A stretch of 64,000 nt of DNA. It comes from the human T2T-CHM13v2.0 reference genome, Homo sapiens. A program made the position numbers and the translations under genes. This document shows positions 32,920-49,199 of this stretch, piece after piece. Below the pieces are notes generated by a model that worked only from the letters and a program-made list of their open reading frames with translations, was not told where the DNA came from and ran no database searches. Position 1 is the stretch's first letter. Every line of letters begins with the position of its first letter. The DNA lies in assembly GCA_009914755.4 (NCBI GenBank), contig CP068257.2, forward strand, positions 35,488,001-35,552,000. The letters run 5' to 3'.

Positions 32920-34765
32920 GTAAGATTTGTAACAGTGGTAATAAACAATTAAAATGATATTGACATATCTTATAAAAATTATTTTCTCATTTTTACCCAT
33001 TTTCTTCTCTGTACCTTCTGATAATTTTGTCTGAAATATCTCAGTTTAATTTAGTTTGTGTTTTTAAAGAATATTTAGTTTCCTATTAGAAAAAGGCTTT
33101 GCCAGGCAATCAGTGGGAATCTACTTTTTATTTGTGTAAAAATTAGTATGTAATGTATCATGATTGATAGATTTCAGAAACATAATCTTGAGGGAAAGGC
33201 AAGTTGGAGGACATAAACATTGTGATCCCACTTATATACTTTTTGGAAAACATACATAACAGTACTATATACTGTTTATGAATTCTGTGCATCTTGTAAA
33301 AAAGTGAAAAAATATGGATTATGTTTATATAAAATTTAAGATAATGGCTGCCTTTAGTGATGGCCAGGAGGGAATGGACCTGGGGAGGTTTCGTGTTATG
33401 CTGTTTTCCTAGAAAAACAAAGGTAACAATGATAACGTTAGTATCTCTTATTTGTACGTAGAAAGTACTTGGATATTGTATTATTTCTAGATTGCAGGCT
33501 TCCTATAACTGCATGTAGTCAGTGTATAGACATGAGCTCCCAGGATTTCCATTAGTCATGCTCCTGCCTGGCTCTCCTGGAATGTTTACCTACCTATACT
33601 GTTTGGCATTATAACTTTGCTTTCTGAGGTTTTGAGTTTGCTATAAATGTTGAAATGCTCTAGAATTACCTCAAGTATAATATATAATTTGGTCTCTATT
33701 TTTCCCTGTCTAGATGAAGGTTTAACTCTAACTTGCCACCTAGTGAGGATCTAAGTAGTCTTTTACGTTCTGTTCTCTCCCAGAAGTTGACAGTGCCCAA
33801 GATTCATTTTCCTTGATCTCAGTGTCACAGATTAATAATGTCTCCCATGAATGCTCTCTAATTCTATTTTCCAAGAGACAGTTGGAGACAGAACTTCATG
33901 ATTTTCATTTTATTCCTGACAGAATAATAATAAATACCATATTTTACCTTATTAGAATTGAAGAAATCATTTATTACATTTGTGATTTAATGTAAAATAG
34001 CGAGACTGATTTAGAAAAAAAAAATGTGTTATAGTAGAACTTACATGTTTAAAAGAATTTCATCAGAGGACAGCCCTTGCTTCAAACGTTTTTAGAATGC
34101 CTCCTTTGGAACTGGCCTCAAAGCTCCATTTTGTAGTGACATTTCTTTTTTTCACTCACAGTAGGGTTACCAGTATTTCTTAGAACTATGTATCTTTTGG
34201 ATGTTTTCCAAAAACAAAATTCATTCAACTTAGTGGTTTTTCACTGTTGAGAATATTCAAAAAAGAATGTACTCTAAGCTATGTTAAGTGTTTACTAATG
34301 GGCTGTTTTTAAGACAGAGCTTTCATCCGTCTTGTGCCACAAAAGACTGTGACAACGTCATTGGAATGGCATTCCTTCCAAGGGATTAGCACTTAATAGG
34401 ATCTATGTTATGGTGTGTTTACACCATAATTAGCCTTTTTTAAAAAACAAAAACAAAAACACGATTTGACTCTTTTTAGTATTAGCCAGCACACGCCAGG
34501 CCCTTAGTGCGTACTAGTAAATGCTTATAGGTTGATTGTCTGATGTGTTCAGCAGGATTGGTTTGGTTGTGTCTCTGACTATCCATATGATCAGAAATTT
34601 ATATAATTCCTAAGAAAGTGAAACACAGAGGTATAATTTTGCCACAGGAATTTGGGGATATGCAGTTGTTATTTTAATATTATAAAAAAAATCAACCTTT
34701 AGATAAAATTTATTTCAGTATTTCTCTTTGTATGTAAGTGATCATTGTTTTCACTGCTATTCAAG

Positions 34766-34878
34766 GAATTATCTGAAGCCGAAAACCAGTTTAAGAGGAT
34801 TATTGAACACTACCCCAGTGAGGGCCTTGATTGCTTGGCCTACTGTGGAATTGGAAAAGTATATTTGAAAAAAAACAG
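34766..34878 (+). CDS. TTC3: Coding exon, TPR-like; peptide ELSEAENQFKRIIEHYPSEGLDCLAYCGIGKVYLKKN(R)
   Basis: Acceptor ctattcaAG at 34764-34765 and donor GTTAGT at 34879. The sequence has TPR-like residue spacing (A/G/Y pattern). Confidence 0.8.
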
Positions 34879-35692
34879 GTTAGTAGAAATGACACTACTT
34901 TAAGCTCTAGGCTGGTAACTCATTTAAAATCCAATGTGATAATGATCCATTTTCTAGAATTATTTTGATATCTCCTCTGTAGCACACTATCATAATTGTG
35001 ATTTACTTTGAGGACCTGAAATTTCACTATCAGTATTAATTGTTAAAGCAAGGCCAGTCATTGCAGTTCTTGGTACTTCCTGATTTTAAATCTAATAAGT
35101 CAACAATATAGTAATTTGACATTAAAGATTTAATAGTCTAGTGTATAATCATCTATAGATAGTGAGTGAATTGATATAAACTAATGTTTTTAAAATCTGA
35201 TTGTTTAATTTTTTTGATTTAATTATTTTTTAAAAATCTGTATGAAGATGGTTTTAAATAAGAGGTATATATGTGTTCAAAGACATCATGAGTGAGTTAG
35301 GAATATAAAAGTCTGTCCTCTGAACTCTATTGTAGTTGTAATCCTTACCTGCAGTTTAATATTGAAGCTGTTCTCTAAATGCCTCATGTCTCTTAGTCTT
35401 GTCTCCCCGAATGTCAGTATGTCCCTGAGGGGACAGGATTATGTCTTGAGCTTTAAAAAAAGAAAATCTGTTTCTGCCACTTGTACCCAATATAGAGGTA
35501 GGTATGTTAGATTATAAAGAAATAATTGTTGACTGATTGAATATTATTTATAATTTCTAACTGTCTTTAAATTTTCATGTAACTTGTTAGGGGAAATTTT
35601 ATGAGATTTTGGGGAATCCCCCCCCCAGCCATCTTAGAATGTGCCTAGAACCTCCTTTATAGTTTTTTTTAAATTAAAGAAAGTTTTTTTTT

Positions 35693-35989
35693 GGCCAGGC
35701 ACAGTGGCGCACACCTGGAATCCCAGCACTTTGGGAGGCCAGTGGGTGAATCACTTGAGGTCAGGAGTTTGAGACCAGCCTGACCAATATGTTGAAACCC
35801 TGTCTGTACTAAAAATACAAAAATTAGCTGGGTGTGGTGGTGCGTGCCTGTAGTTCCAGCTACTCAGGAGGCTGAGGCAGAAAGAATCACTTGAACCCAG
35901 GAGGCGGAGGTTGCAGTGAGCTGAGATTGCACCACTGTACTCCAGCCTGGGCGACAGAGTGAGACTCCATCTCAAAAACAGCAATAACA
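35693..35989 (+). mobile_element. Alu, directly abutting the 5' end of a truncated L1
   Basis: ggccaggcacagtggcgcacacctggaatcccagcactttgggaggcc ... gcgacagagtgagactccatctcaaaaacagcaataacac. Confidence 0.9.
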
Positions 35990-38487
<2,498 letters not shown>

Positions 38488-38729
38488 TGTACACCTGCCA
38501 CAATAAAGCCAGTGTCCAAGACGAGTTGTGTTTAATGTATATTACTTTTATAGCAAACAGCAATAGTGACTTTGTTTTTTTAAAGAAAATTTAGGTTACA
38601 TTGAATATTGCTGTTCAGTGATTCATCAAATGTATTCGTCCCAGTAAGCTTGAGATCTTTGGTGACTTTTGAAGGGAGTGAAAATACCATTTTACATCTT
38701 TAATGCCTTTTTCATAATTATGACTTTAG

Positions 38730-38850
38730 ATTTCTAGAAGCTCTCAATCACTTTGAGAAAGCAAGAACCTTGATTTATCGTCTTCCTGGAGTGTTAACTT
38801 GGCCCACGAGTAATGTGATTATTGAAGAGTCTCAGCCACAAAAAATAAAG
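38730..38850 (+). CDS. TTC3: Coding exon, TPR-like; peptide (R)FLEALNHFEKARTLIYRLPGVLTWPTSNVIIEESQPQKIK
   Basis: Acceptor tgactttAG at 38728-38729 and donor GTAACC at 38851. The split codon AG+A gives R. Confidence 0.8.
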
Positions 38851-39806
38851 GTAACCATTTATTTTTGCAGAGTGTTTCTTACTGTGAATGCTTATCTGCA
38901 TTGACTGACTCAGGTATCAGGAGGCGGAGAGGTAGGAGCATTCCATCCCCACCTCCCTTACACGCATTTCCCCTCTACTGTCTAATGAGAATCTCTGACA
39001 TTTATTGAATGTTTTCTGTGTGCCAGTGTGTACCTTCATTTATCATTATGCTTAATCCTTATAGCAGCCCCGTGCAGGGGGGCACTGTGATCATTCCCAT
39101 TTTACAGATGAGGAAGGTTAAGTTTAGAGAGGTGAAATGATGCACTCAAGGTGAAACAGCAAGCAAATTGTGGTCCTGGAACTTGAGTCCAGGCATTCTG
39201 ACTTCTGAGTATGCATGATCATGCACTCTGCTGGACTTGGTTGTACTTAGAGGAAGGTATAGTATTGTTGTTTCATCATAAAGTTACCACAGTTACTGAG
39301 ATGGTACTTGAAGATTTAGAAAAATATGAATTTAGTCTCATATCCAGAAGCATAAAGATGCTTTGCTTGTTCTAGAAAGACTTACGTGTGAAATGACTGA
39401 GATAGGCTTTTACTTGTAGTGAACTCTCACATGTACTCAGAACTTGATTTTGGCTGAAGCTTTTAAAATCACAGAAGTCAACTTTTACAACTCAATAATA
39501 AAAAGACAAATAATCTAAGAAGTAGTCAAAGGATCTGAATAGACATTTCTGCAACGAAGATATACAAATGGCCAAAATTAGCACATGAAAAGACATTCAG
39601 CATCATTAGCTATCAGAGAAACACAAATCAAAACCACAGTGAGATACCACTTCACACTCATTAGGATGTGGGCAGACAATAAATATTGGCAAGGGTGTAG
39701 AAAAATGGGAACATTCAGACACTGCTGGTGGTAATGTGTAATGATGCAGCTGCTTTGGAAAATAGTCTGGCAGTTCCTCAAACAGTTAAACATAGAGTTA
39801 CCATGT

Positions 39807-40195
39807 CTCAGTCCATTTGTGTTGCTATAAAGAAGTACCTGAGACTGGTGATTTATGAAGAAAAGTTGGCTTATGGTTTTGCAGGCTGTATAAGAAGCAT
39901 GGTGTCAGCACCTGCTGGTGAAGGCCTTCAATAGCTCCTACTCATGTCAGAAGGCGTAGGAGAGCCTGTCTGTAGAGATCATATAGTGAGAGACAGGGAA
40001 GTGCCAGGCTCTTTTTAACAACCAACTCTTTAGGGAACTAATGGAGTGAGAACTCACTCACCCCAGGGAGGGAATTAATCTGTTCATGAGAGATTCGTCG
40101 CCATGACTCAAAACACCTCCCACTGTGCCTCACCTCCAACACCGGGGATCAGATTTCAATGTGTGGTTTGGAGGGTCAAACATTCAAACTGTAGC
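39807..40195 (-). mobile_element. THE1/MST-type MaLR LTR (antisense relative to the consensus as I recall it)
   Basis: ctcagtccatttgtgttgctataaagaagtacctgagactggtgatttatgaagaaaagttggcttatggttttgcaggctgtataagaagcatggtgtcagcacctgctggtgaaggcc ... aatgtgtggtttggagggtcaaacattcaaactgtagca. Confidence 0.6.
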
Positions 40196-40359
40196 ATACC
40201 ATATGATCCAGCAGTTTCACTCCTAGGTGTGTACAGAGAAAGGAAAACATGTTCTCACAAAAACTTGTACATGAATGTTCATAGCAGCATTAGTCATAAT
40301 AGCCCAAAATGGGAAATAGCCCAAGTATTCGTGAGCTGATAAATGGGTACGTAAGTATT

Positions 40360-40450
40360 GGAACCTGGGAGGTTGAGGCTGCAGTGAGCCTTGATTGTGC
40401 CACTGCAGTGCAGCCTGGGCAACAGAGTGAGAGTCTGCCTCAAAAACAAA
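40360..40450 (+). mobile_element. Alu 3' fragment
   Basis: ggaacctgggaggttgaggctgcagtgagccttgattgtgccactgcagtgcagcctgggcaacagagtgagagtctgcctcaaaaac. Confidence 0.75.
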
Positions 40451-40735
40451 TGGCCAGTCTTGGTGGCTTACGCCTGTAATCCTACCACTTTGGGAGGCCA
40501 AGGCAGGAGGATTGCTTGAGCTCAGGAGTTCAAGACCAGCCTGGGCAACATGGCGAAACCCATCAATACAAAAATTAGCCAAACATAGTGGCACATGCCT
40601 GTAGTCCCAGCTACTCAGGAGGCTGAGGTGGAAGGGTCAGTTGAGCCCAGGAGGCAGAGGTTGCAGTGAGCTGAGATCGTGCCACTGCACTCCAGCCTGA
40701 GTGACAGAGTGAGACGCTGTCTCAAAAAAAAAAAA
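40451..40735 (+). mobile_element. Alu (full-length)
   Basis: tggccagtcttggtggcttacgcctgtaatcctaccactttgggaggccaaggcaggaggattgcttgagc ... gtgacagagtgagacgctgtctcaaaaaaaaaaaag. Confidence 0.9.
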
Positions 40736-41685
40736 GAGTACTGATAACATGCTGCAGCATGGATGGACCTTGGAAACATTATGCTAAGTAAAAGAAGCCA
40801 AACACAAAGGGCTTGTGTGAGTCCATTCCTATGAAATCTCCAGAATAAGCAAGTCTGTATATAGTGACAGAAAGTAGACCAGTGATTGCTGGGCCTGGAA
40901 GGTTAGGGGAAAATGAGGAGGGACTGCTAATGCGTATGGAGTTTCTTTTTGAAAATGTTCTAAATTTAGACCGTGGTGATGTCAGCACATCCTGTGAATA
41001 TGCTAAGAACACCGAACCGTACACTTCATTTGAGTTGTATAGTGTGTAAATTATGTCTCAACAAAGCTATTATAAAAAATACAACACAGGGATTCTTGGA
41101 TTTACCTCTCTTCATACAAGATTGGGATAGAGGCATAGGAGCTATTGATAACAAAAAGCCAGCACTGGAAGCATGGCATGAGTCTCTTGGGGGCTTCATT
41201 AGCAGTGGAATAATTCTCCAGGGAGTCCACAAACAACAGTGGCAGAGCTGCAAGGAGGAAGATAATGGGAGTGTTAGGATTCTGGATGAGGTGATGTTGG
41301 GCAAGAGGAGCCTGGTAAAGTCCTCAGGATTACCCTAAGGGTTATTCTGCCTTACTTGACTTCCTCTTAATGCTTATGGAAGATTTCTGAGAGCTGTAAA
41401 TTATAAAATGCGATTTGATGATTGTAACAGGGCAAAATTTTGATTCTTTCGAAATTCTGAAAAAAAATTTTGTCCAGTCCTCTTTTTAAATCTCTCTTAT
41501 GTCTCTTATCAGCCTTCCTTTTAAAAGGAAAAACTTTAAAAGTTGTATGTAGTTTGTTGTTGGTGAAAAAATTTAGTCATTCTTATGCTGAAAATATTTT
41601 GATGGCAAGAGGTTATTGAAATCACAAGCATTTTTATTGACAGATTAGTATTGTAATGGTATCATTTTTGTTTATTTTGTTTTAG

Positions 41686-41808
41686 ATGCTGTTAGAGAAA
41701 TTTGTTGAAGAATGCAAGTTCCCTCCAGTGCCAGATGCCATTTGTTGCTATCAGAAGTGCCATGGATATTCTAAGATCCAGATATACATAACTGATCCAG
41801 ACTTTAAG
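41686..41808 (+). CDS. TTC3: Coding exon; peptide MLLEKFVEECKFPPVPDAICCYQKCHGYSKIQIYITDPDFK
   Basis: Acceptor ttttgttttAG at 41684-41685 and donor GTAAAT at 41809. Phase 0 at both ends. Confidence 0.85.
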
Positions 41809-41838
41809 GTAAATAATGAGTGTACAGTGGGACATTAA

Positions 41839-42305
<467 letters not shown>

Positions 42306-42750
42306 TAGTGACCTGAGAAGGCAGGCTGGCTCATTCTTTTTCCTCTTCAAGCTACCTTAGGAGGATAGGAAACAAAGTGAGATTGTTACCTCTGATTTGT
42401 TGCAATTCTGATCTCTCATAAAATTTGAGTCCCAAATCTAAAGGTCATTGTGATCATTGAATTAGCTGTTAGAGACCTAAATTTGAGATAAGTCTGGCAC
42501 TTAATTGAGTTATACTGGTTTATTCAAGAAGCTAGTAGCTGCCCTTGTCCTGCTGTTCCAATGTCCCTGGTTAGTAAATCAGATGAAATAATGTTTATAA
42601 AATATTTGATATATTTTGAAGAATGATGCAACTTTATGCTGTGGAAATAAATATGTTAGTCAAGCTCTCTCTGTCTTTATGTATGTTGTAGTGAGTGAGT
42701 GTGCAGAGACATCTTTAAAACGTTAATTAAAAAATTTTTTGTAACCCTAG

Positions 42751-42852
42751 GGTTTTATACGCATCAGCTGTTGCCAGTACTGTAAAATAGAATTTCACAT
42801 GAATTGCTGGAAGAAGTTAAAAACTACAACCTTTAATGATAAAATTGACAAG
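42751..42852 (+). CDS. TTC3: Coding exon, Cys-rich; peptide GFIRISCCQYCKIEFHMNCWKKLKTTTFNDKIDK
   Basis: Acceptor aaccctAG at 42749-42750 and donor GTAAAG at 42853. Confidence 0.85.
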
Positions 42853-43040
42853 GTAAAGCATAACAGGATTGTCTGAATTTTTCAGTATACTTATTGTATG
42901 TCAATTTTTCCCCCAAGAATTCCTTCCTGAACATTCTGCACATAATTAGAAAATTTTAAATTATAACTTTAATAATAAAGTGGAAAATCAAATTTGTTTT
43001 TATTTGGACAATCATAAAGGCATTAACCATAGAGGCTTTG

Positions 43041-43192
43041 TTTTTTTAAAGAGACGGATCTCACTGTGTTGCCCAGGCTAGAGTGCAGTGGTGCAGTCGT
43101 AGCTCACTGCAGCCTCAGACTCCTTGACCCAAGTGATCCTACTTCAGCCTCCCAAAGTGCTGGGATTATAGGCATGAGCCACTGCACCAGGC
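43041..43192 (-). mobile_element. Alu fragment (antisense, partial)
   Basis: tttttttaaagagacggatctcactgtgttgcccaggctagagtgcagtggtgc ... cccaaagtgctgggattataggcatgagccactgcaccaggcc. Confidence 0.75.
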
Positions 43193-44282
43193 CCCACTTG
43201 AAAGTTTTGATGTGGAATTAGGGATTTCAAAACCAAAATTTGATGAGGTAATTTGTACTAAGAAGTCAACTCAAAACAATTTTTTTAATGTTGGGAAGAA
43301 AGATCAACTTCAATTTTAAACTGCCATTTCTCTCCAGGGATTTTCTTATTACCAAGATAATGATGTTAATTACCATTAAGTAGACATACTTTGAGGGAAG
43401 TCATAGTATTACAATCTTATTTGTATTCATAGAATTTGTTTCTGATCTATAGAAACTATGGACCTTTTCCTACACTTCTTAGGCTTATGCAGACCACTGT
43501 TCTTATTGGGGAAAGAATGAGGCAGTTGTACTAGGCATCTGTTAACAATAGCAATTATTAAAGTATGGTAGAAATAAATTCTCACATTTTGTACATTTTC
43601 ACATAATTAATTAACAATATAATGATATGAGTAAATAACTGTCACCTTTGAGTCACTTCTGCTATGTCTTTGTCTTACCTAAATTGAGTTTCTCTAGTGA
43701 TATACCCTCTTTTAGTGGTCTTAACTATTCCCATCATTTTAAATACACTCTGTAAATTAGTCAGCTTTCCCTAGGATATGCTGAAGTGATGCAACCCAAA
43801 TATCTTGTGGCATACATCAGAGAAGTTTGTTTTTTGCTTACATGACTTGTCCTGCAGTTCTGCAGTTGTTGGCTGGGACTGGGCTGTAGCAGCTTTATTT
43901 TGTGTGGCTCTATTCCTTGTTTCTCAATCTAAGTTGAAGAATGACCCTTTTCTGGAACATCTTCCTGTGTCAGAGGAAAAAGAACAATGTCCAGTCTATG
44001 AAGTGTTTGTTAAACCTTTTGTCTAGACATGTGTATGTCATGTCTGGTCACTTTGCATTGATGAAAACAAGTCACATGGTCAGACCCACACCTGAAAGTA
44101 TATTTTTCCTACACGGAAGCCTTAAAATTCGCATGGCAGTGAGTAAGGATTTTCACCACTTGCCTGAAGATGGTTTTAGTCCGTATTTTGACTGTTCCTA
44201 GTGGTAAAAATAGTATACGTGTATAGATTTATCCCCCCTAGACATAACATTTTTCTTGTTTTTTTTTTTTTTAATCAAATAG

Positions 44283-44375
44283 GATTTTCTACAAGGAATA
44301 TGTCTTACCCCTGACTGTGAAGGTGTCATTTCTAAGATTATCATCTTCAGCAGTGGTGGTGAAGTTAAATGTGAA
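44283..44375 (+). CDS. TTC3: Coding exon; peptide DFLQGICLTPDCEGVISKIIIFSSGGEVKCE
   Basis: Poly-T tract then aatAG at 44281-44282. Donor GTAAGT at 44376. Confidence 0.85.
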
Positions 44376-45024
44376 GTAAGTAATAAAGGGGAAACCTTGT
44401 TAGATAGATAACCAAAATGTTTACACCTTTTGAAACATGATTTGAATTTGTAGATATCATGTAATTTGGATCTTTTCCAGGAAAGAAACAATTACTTCAT
44501 TTAAGAAAATATAGGAAATACTGGGATGTGAGAATGCTTCATTGTAATGAAAGCATTCTTATATTCTTTTATTTCTTAATAGGAAAAGGAGGCTTTTTAT
44601 ATCTTAGTTTTACTATTTTTACTGTTTTTGATAACTTCATTTTCTTAATCCCGGTAAACTTTTGGGCAGTAGTGGGTGTGCAGGTTTTTAGGGAGGGGGA
44701 AGAGCGTCTTGAGGGATTACCTTTAACTTCATGACATGGGAATGGCAAGAGTGGGTAGTTGTAATAATATTTACACTTTATTAGATCGTCTGCTTACTCT
44801 TAATTTTTTAAAAACTTTTTCCTCAAGTGTGTCTACCCTCTTGTTCCTCTTCAGTAAATTATTTTGCTAAAGCTTTCTGGGCTTTTGTCTGGGTCAGAAC
44901 ATCATCACTGTTCTCTATCAAACTGAACATTATGTGTGCTTCTGAAATACTTGTTACTTGTGGTTTTGTGTTTTATGTCATGGGAGTATGAGACAAATTT
45001 TGGATGTCTTTGTTTTATTTAAAG

Positions 45025-45089
45025 TTTGAACACAAGGTCATAAAAGAAAAGGTTCCTCCAAGACCTATTCTGAAACAGAAATGTTCTAG
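45025..45089 (+). CDS. TTC3: Coding exon; peptide FEHKVIKEKVPPRPILKQKCS(S)
   Basis: Acceptor ttatttaaAG at 45023-45024 and donor GTAAGA at 45090. Confidence 0.8.
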
Positions 45090-46097
45090 GTAAGATTTTT
45101 AACAATCAATCAGTGGTTTGATGATGTCTCTTAGAATATAATTCTATTAAATGCAGATTTCTAAATTATGCCTTTTTAAAAATTGGCTGTGTATACATAT
45201 ATTCAAATAAGTGTTTTTTAAAATGATTTTTATGGAAAATTAAAACTTAAAGAGAACTAGCCTAGAATGATTAAATACTAAAAACTTGATTCAGAATTAT
45301 TTATCTAGTGGTTGAATTTACAATTAAAATTATAACATTTGATGCTGTGAAATTACATGTTTGATTAATAGATTTGGCATTTATATAAAAACTATACAGT
45401 TTGCTCTCAGTTGTTGAAACTTTAATTCCAAAAGCATATTTTTCTTTTTATCTCTCTTCAGTAAACATTTTGAACCTATGACTATTTTTTACCCTGAAAT
45501 ACTCAATGTACTGTCTAAATTATTACTTCTCTATAGCTTTTTGTTTAGATCAAATAATTCAGATTCTTTTTTCTTTTCTTTTTGGTCCTGCTTCTTGTTT
45601 TTCTTTCTAAGAAGTGATTTTTTTTTATCATTTGTGACCAAGAAAAAGCAAAAGAAAAGATGAACAGAATTATTTGTTGGAGAGAATTCATTGTAACCAG
45701 ATCAACCAAATTATAGTGTTGTGGGTTATTATTGAGATGTGAAAATTATATTTTACTATGGGACCTTTCTTAGAAATGAGAGTTTACATGAATTATTTTG
45801 CAGAGTAATTTGTACTATTTCTGTTTACCCTATGAAGTAACTTAGATACATGAAAGTGACATCTATACAATCTGTAGACTGCATCCTTAGACATCACCTA
45901 ATCATTGAGGTTTTTGTTTTCATGAAACAAGTACCCTTATTTTGACAATACTGACAGTTTCTTACATTGAATGGAAGATGTAGGCCGGGCTCTGATTAAA
46001 AAAGGAAAACTTCTAATATATTGCTTGGAAGATGGTTTCTACGATAGTCAAAGGAAAACAGTTCATTGAGTTGTCACTAATTGTAAATGTTTATCAG

Positions 46098-46234
46098 CCT
46101 AGAGAAACTAAGACTGAAAGAAGACAAAAAATTGAAGAGAAAGATCCAAAAAAAAGAAGCAAAAAAGTTAGCACAAGAAAGAATGGAGGAGGACTTAAGA
46201 GAAAGTAATCCACCCAAAAATGAAGAGCAGAAAG
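46098..46234 (+). CDS. TTC3: Coding exon, K/E-rich coiled-coil-like; peptide (S)LEKLRLKEDKKLKRKIQKKEAKKLAQERMEEDLRESNPPKNEEQK(E)
   Basis: Acceptor tttatcAG at 46096-46097 and donor GTATGC at 46235. The phase links exons 45025..45089 and 47156..47482. Confidence 0.8.
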
Positions 46235-46531
46235 GTATGCAGAAGCCAAAGGCATGATAAGAATAATATACTCTCATTTAAATGTATAAATGTAAGCATC
46301 TTTTGGGCCTTATATTCATCATTATTGAATTGAAATAAAGATTTCACTTAGTAATTTAATACTATCACTGTCTTCTGTTACTCGAAGACAGAATTGGGTT
46401 GGTGTAAAGAACACTGAAAAACCTTTCAGAGATTGTATTCCCACTGAAAAACCTTTCAGAGATTGTATTTTAACTTTCTGTGCTTAATGACTAAACATAT
46501 TTATTGTATATAAAGTTAAGGTAGTTGATGA

Positions 46532-46882
<351 letters not shown>

Positions 46883-47155
46883 TAGAGGAACTAAGTTTCA
46901 AATGCTACTACATGAATGGTTCAGAATGAAGGGTGTAAAATGCTTACTTTTGGTATGTTTATTTTAGCGTACACTTTCATGTCTTTTCAAAAGTATTGTT
47001 AAGTGTTTATATTTCTAATTAAAGTTTCTTGAGTTTAGTAAAACAGTATAATCAATCTGAATCATATTTTATATTATGTAATTTTGTTATTTCTAAGTTT
47101 ATATAATTGTGAATTAGTCCTATTTATCACTTTAACCATTGTTATTTATCCTTAG

Positions 47156-47482
47156 AAACTGTAGACAATGTTCAGCGTTGTCAGTTCCTTGATGACAGAA
47201 TTCTACAGTGTATAAAGCAGTATGCTGACAAGATTAAATCCGGCATACAGAATACAGCCATGCTTCTCAAAGAATTGCTTTCTTGGAAAGTTTTGAGCAC
47301 AGAAGACTATACAACCTGTTTTTCTAGCAGAAATTTTCTAAATGAAGCAGTGGACTATGTTATTCGCCACTTGATTCAAGAAAATAACAGAGTAAAGACA
47401 AGAATATTTCTGCATGTTTTGAGTGAGCTTAAAGAAGTGGAGCCCAAATTAGCCGCCTGGATCCAAAAACTTAATAGCTTTG
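47156..47482 (+). CDS. TTC3: Coding exon, 327 nt; peptide (E)TVDNVQRCQFLDDRILQCIKQYADKIKSGIQNTAMLLKELLSWKVLSTEDYTTCFSSRNFLNEAVDYVIRHLIQENNRVKTRIFLHVLSELKEVEPKLAAWIQKLNSF(G)
   Basis: Acceptor tatccttAG at 47154-47155 and donor GTATGT at 47483. It matches ORF 47260..47511 internally. Confidence 0.85.
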
Positions 47483-47624
47483 GTATGTCCCTTTATATTC
47501 CAGAGCAATAAACTTTAATACGAAGGGGAAGTGTAGGTCTCTGAGTCATTTTCATTTTCCTGCCATATAATTTATAACTTTAAATGCAGGACTATAAATT
47601 TGTATGGTTAAGAATACTTTTCCA

Positions 47625-47735
47625 GTCCCAGCTACTTGGGAGGCGGAGGCAGGATGATTGCTTAATCTCAGGAATTTGAGACCAACCTGGCAATGTTGCA
47701 AGACCTGTCTCTAAAAGAATTTTTTAAAAAAAGAA
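47625..47735 (+). mobile_element. Alu/FLAM-like fragment
   Basis: gtcccagctacttgggaggcggaggcaggatgattgcttaatctcaggaatttgagaccaacctggcaatgttgcaagacctgtctctaaaag. Confidence 0.65.
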
Positions 47736-48877
47736 CTAAATATATGAAGGCCTTTAAAAAACAGAAAAACTATTACACACACACGCACACCACAATTTTT
47801 AGGTTATTTTATAGATAGGTTACAGTATACTTCTTCAAAAGGTGCAATCTAAGGAAAGACCAGTCAGTAAAGAAATCCAGACCTATATTAGACTAAACTA
47901 TTTGTAAATGTGTAGATGTGTGAATACTAGGCACAACCATGGTAAATAACACATCCTGGAGTCTGCCCCCTGCTCAGGAGCTGTGTTGAGAAGACAAATC
48001 TATAATTCAGATTCTTTGAAGAAAAATTTAGAGGCAAGAGTGGATGAGACTAATTGCTCAGGGTCACCTAAGGCAAATCTGTATCTAGAGATTAAGAGGA
48101 ACATATCCTAGGGTTGGACTGAGCTGTGGTAAATCACAGGATTATATAACTCTGTACTGTGTTCTGACTTTCGTAACTTGGCTGGGAGAAGGGAAGAGTG
48201 AGCAAGCCCCCTGCCCTCCCCTAAAGCAGGCGCTTTGCCTAAAGCCATGCAGGACTGCAGAAGGCAGCTGCAGATACAGTTGTTGTGTAACACGAGGTAG
48301 GGATGCTTTGGGCACCTACCAGGGCACTATTTATCTTGCTGACTGGATAGCAACTGGCCTAGCACAATAGTTCATTCAGTCGGCAGCTATTAGATAAGAG
48401 GCTAAAGTACGCCACGGGAAAAAGGCAGGGCCTTTAGCCGCAGACCACAGAGTGAGGCCTGCTAAGCCTCTGCCAGCCGTCCCCACCTGTCTGAATGTTT
48501 AGAAACGTGGGGCTATTAGAATTCTAGGGTTTCAGAGAAGATACTGGTCAGCTTCTGCCAGAAGAGACGATGTAAGATGGCAGCAAGCCTGGCATAGTTA
48601 GACAGCTGAACATGCCTGCTTTGAACATAGATCCTCATGGATTTGTGATCCCGGAAAGTTATTTTTAAGTGACAAGATTGTCACTAGTGAGTATCAAGTA
48701 AGCAAATTATAAAGTTAATGCTTGCTTTAACATGCTTTAGGAGATACTCAGGACTGGAGAAATAGGTTTGCCTGGGTTATGCTACACGGTCAAGACTGCC
48801 AGCCACTGTTCATTCAGGTAAATGCAGCACTTGAGCCCTCCAGCTCACTGGCAGGAAAGGGTGAACATGTCTTTTGA

Positions 48878-49199
<322 letters not shown>

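Larger units (their letters stand above)
39490..41080 (+). mobile_element. Old LINE-1 (L1M/L1PB-type) ORF2 end plus 3'UTR, broken up by a THE1/MST-like LTR (39807..40195) and Alus (40360..40735)
   Basis: agctatcagagaaacacaaatcaaaaccacagtgagataccacttcacac ... gatccagcagtttcactcctaggtgtgtacagagaaaggaaaacatgttc ... ttatgctaagtaaaagaagccaaacacaaagg ... ttgtatagtgtgtaaattatgtctcaacaaag. Confidence 0.7.
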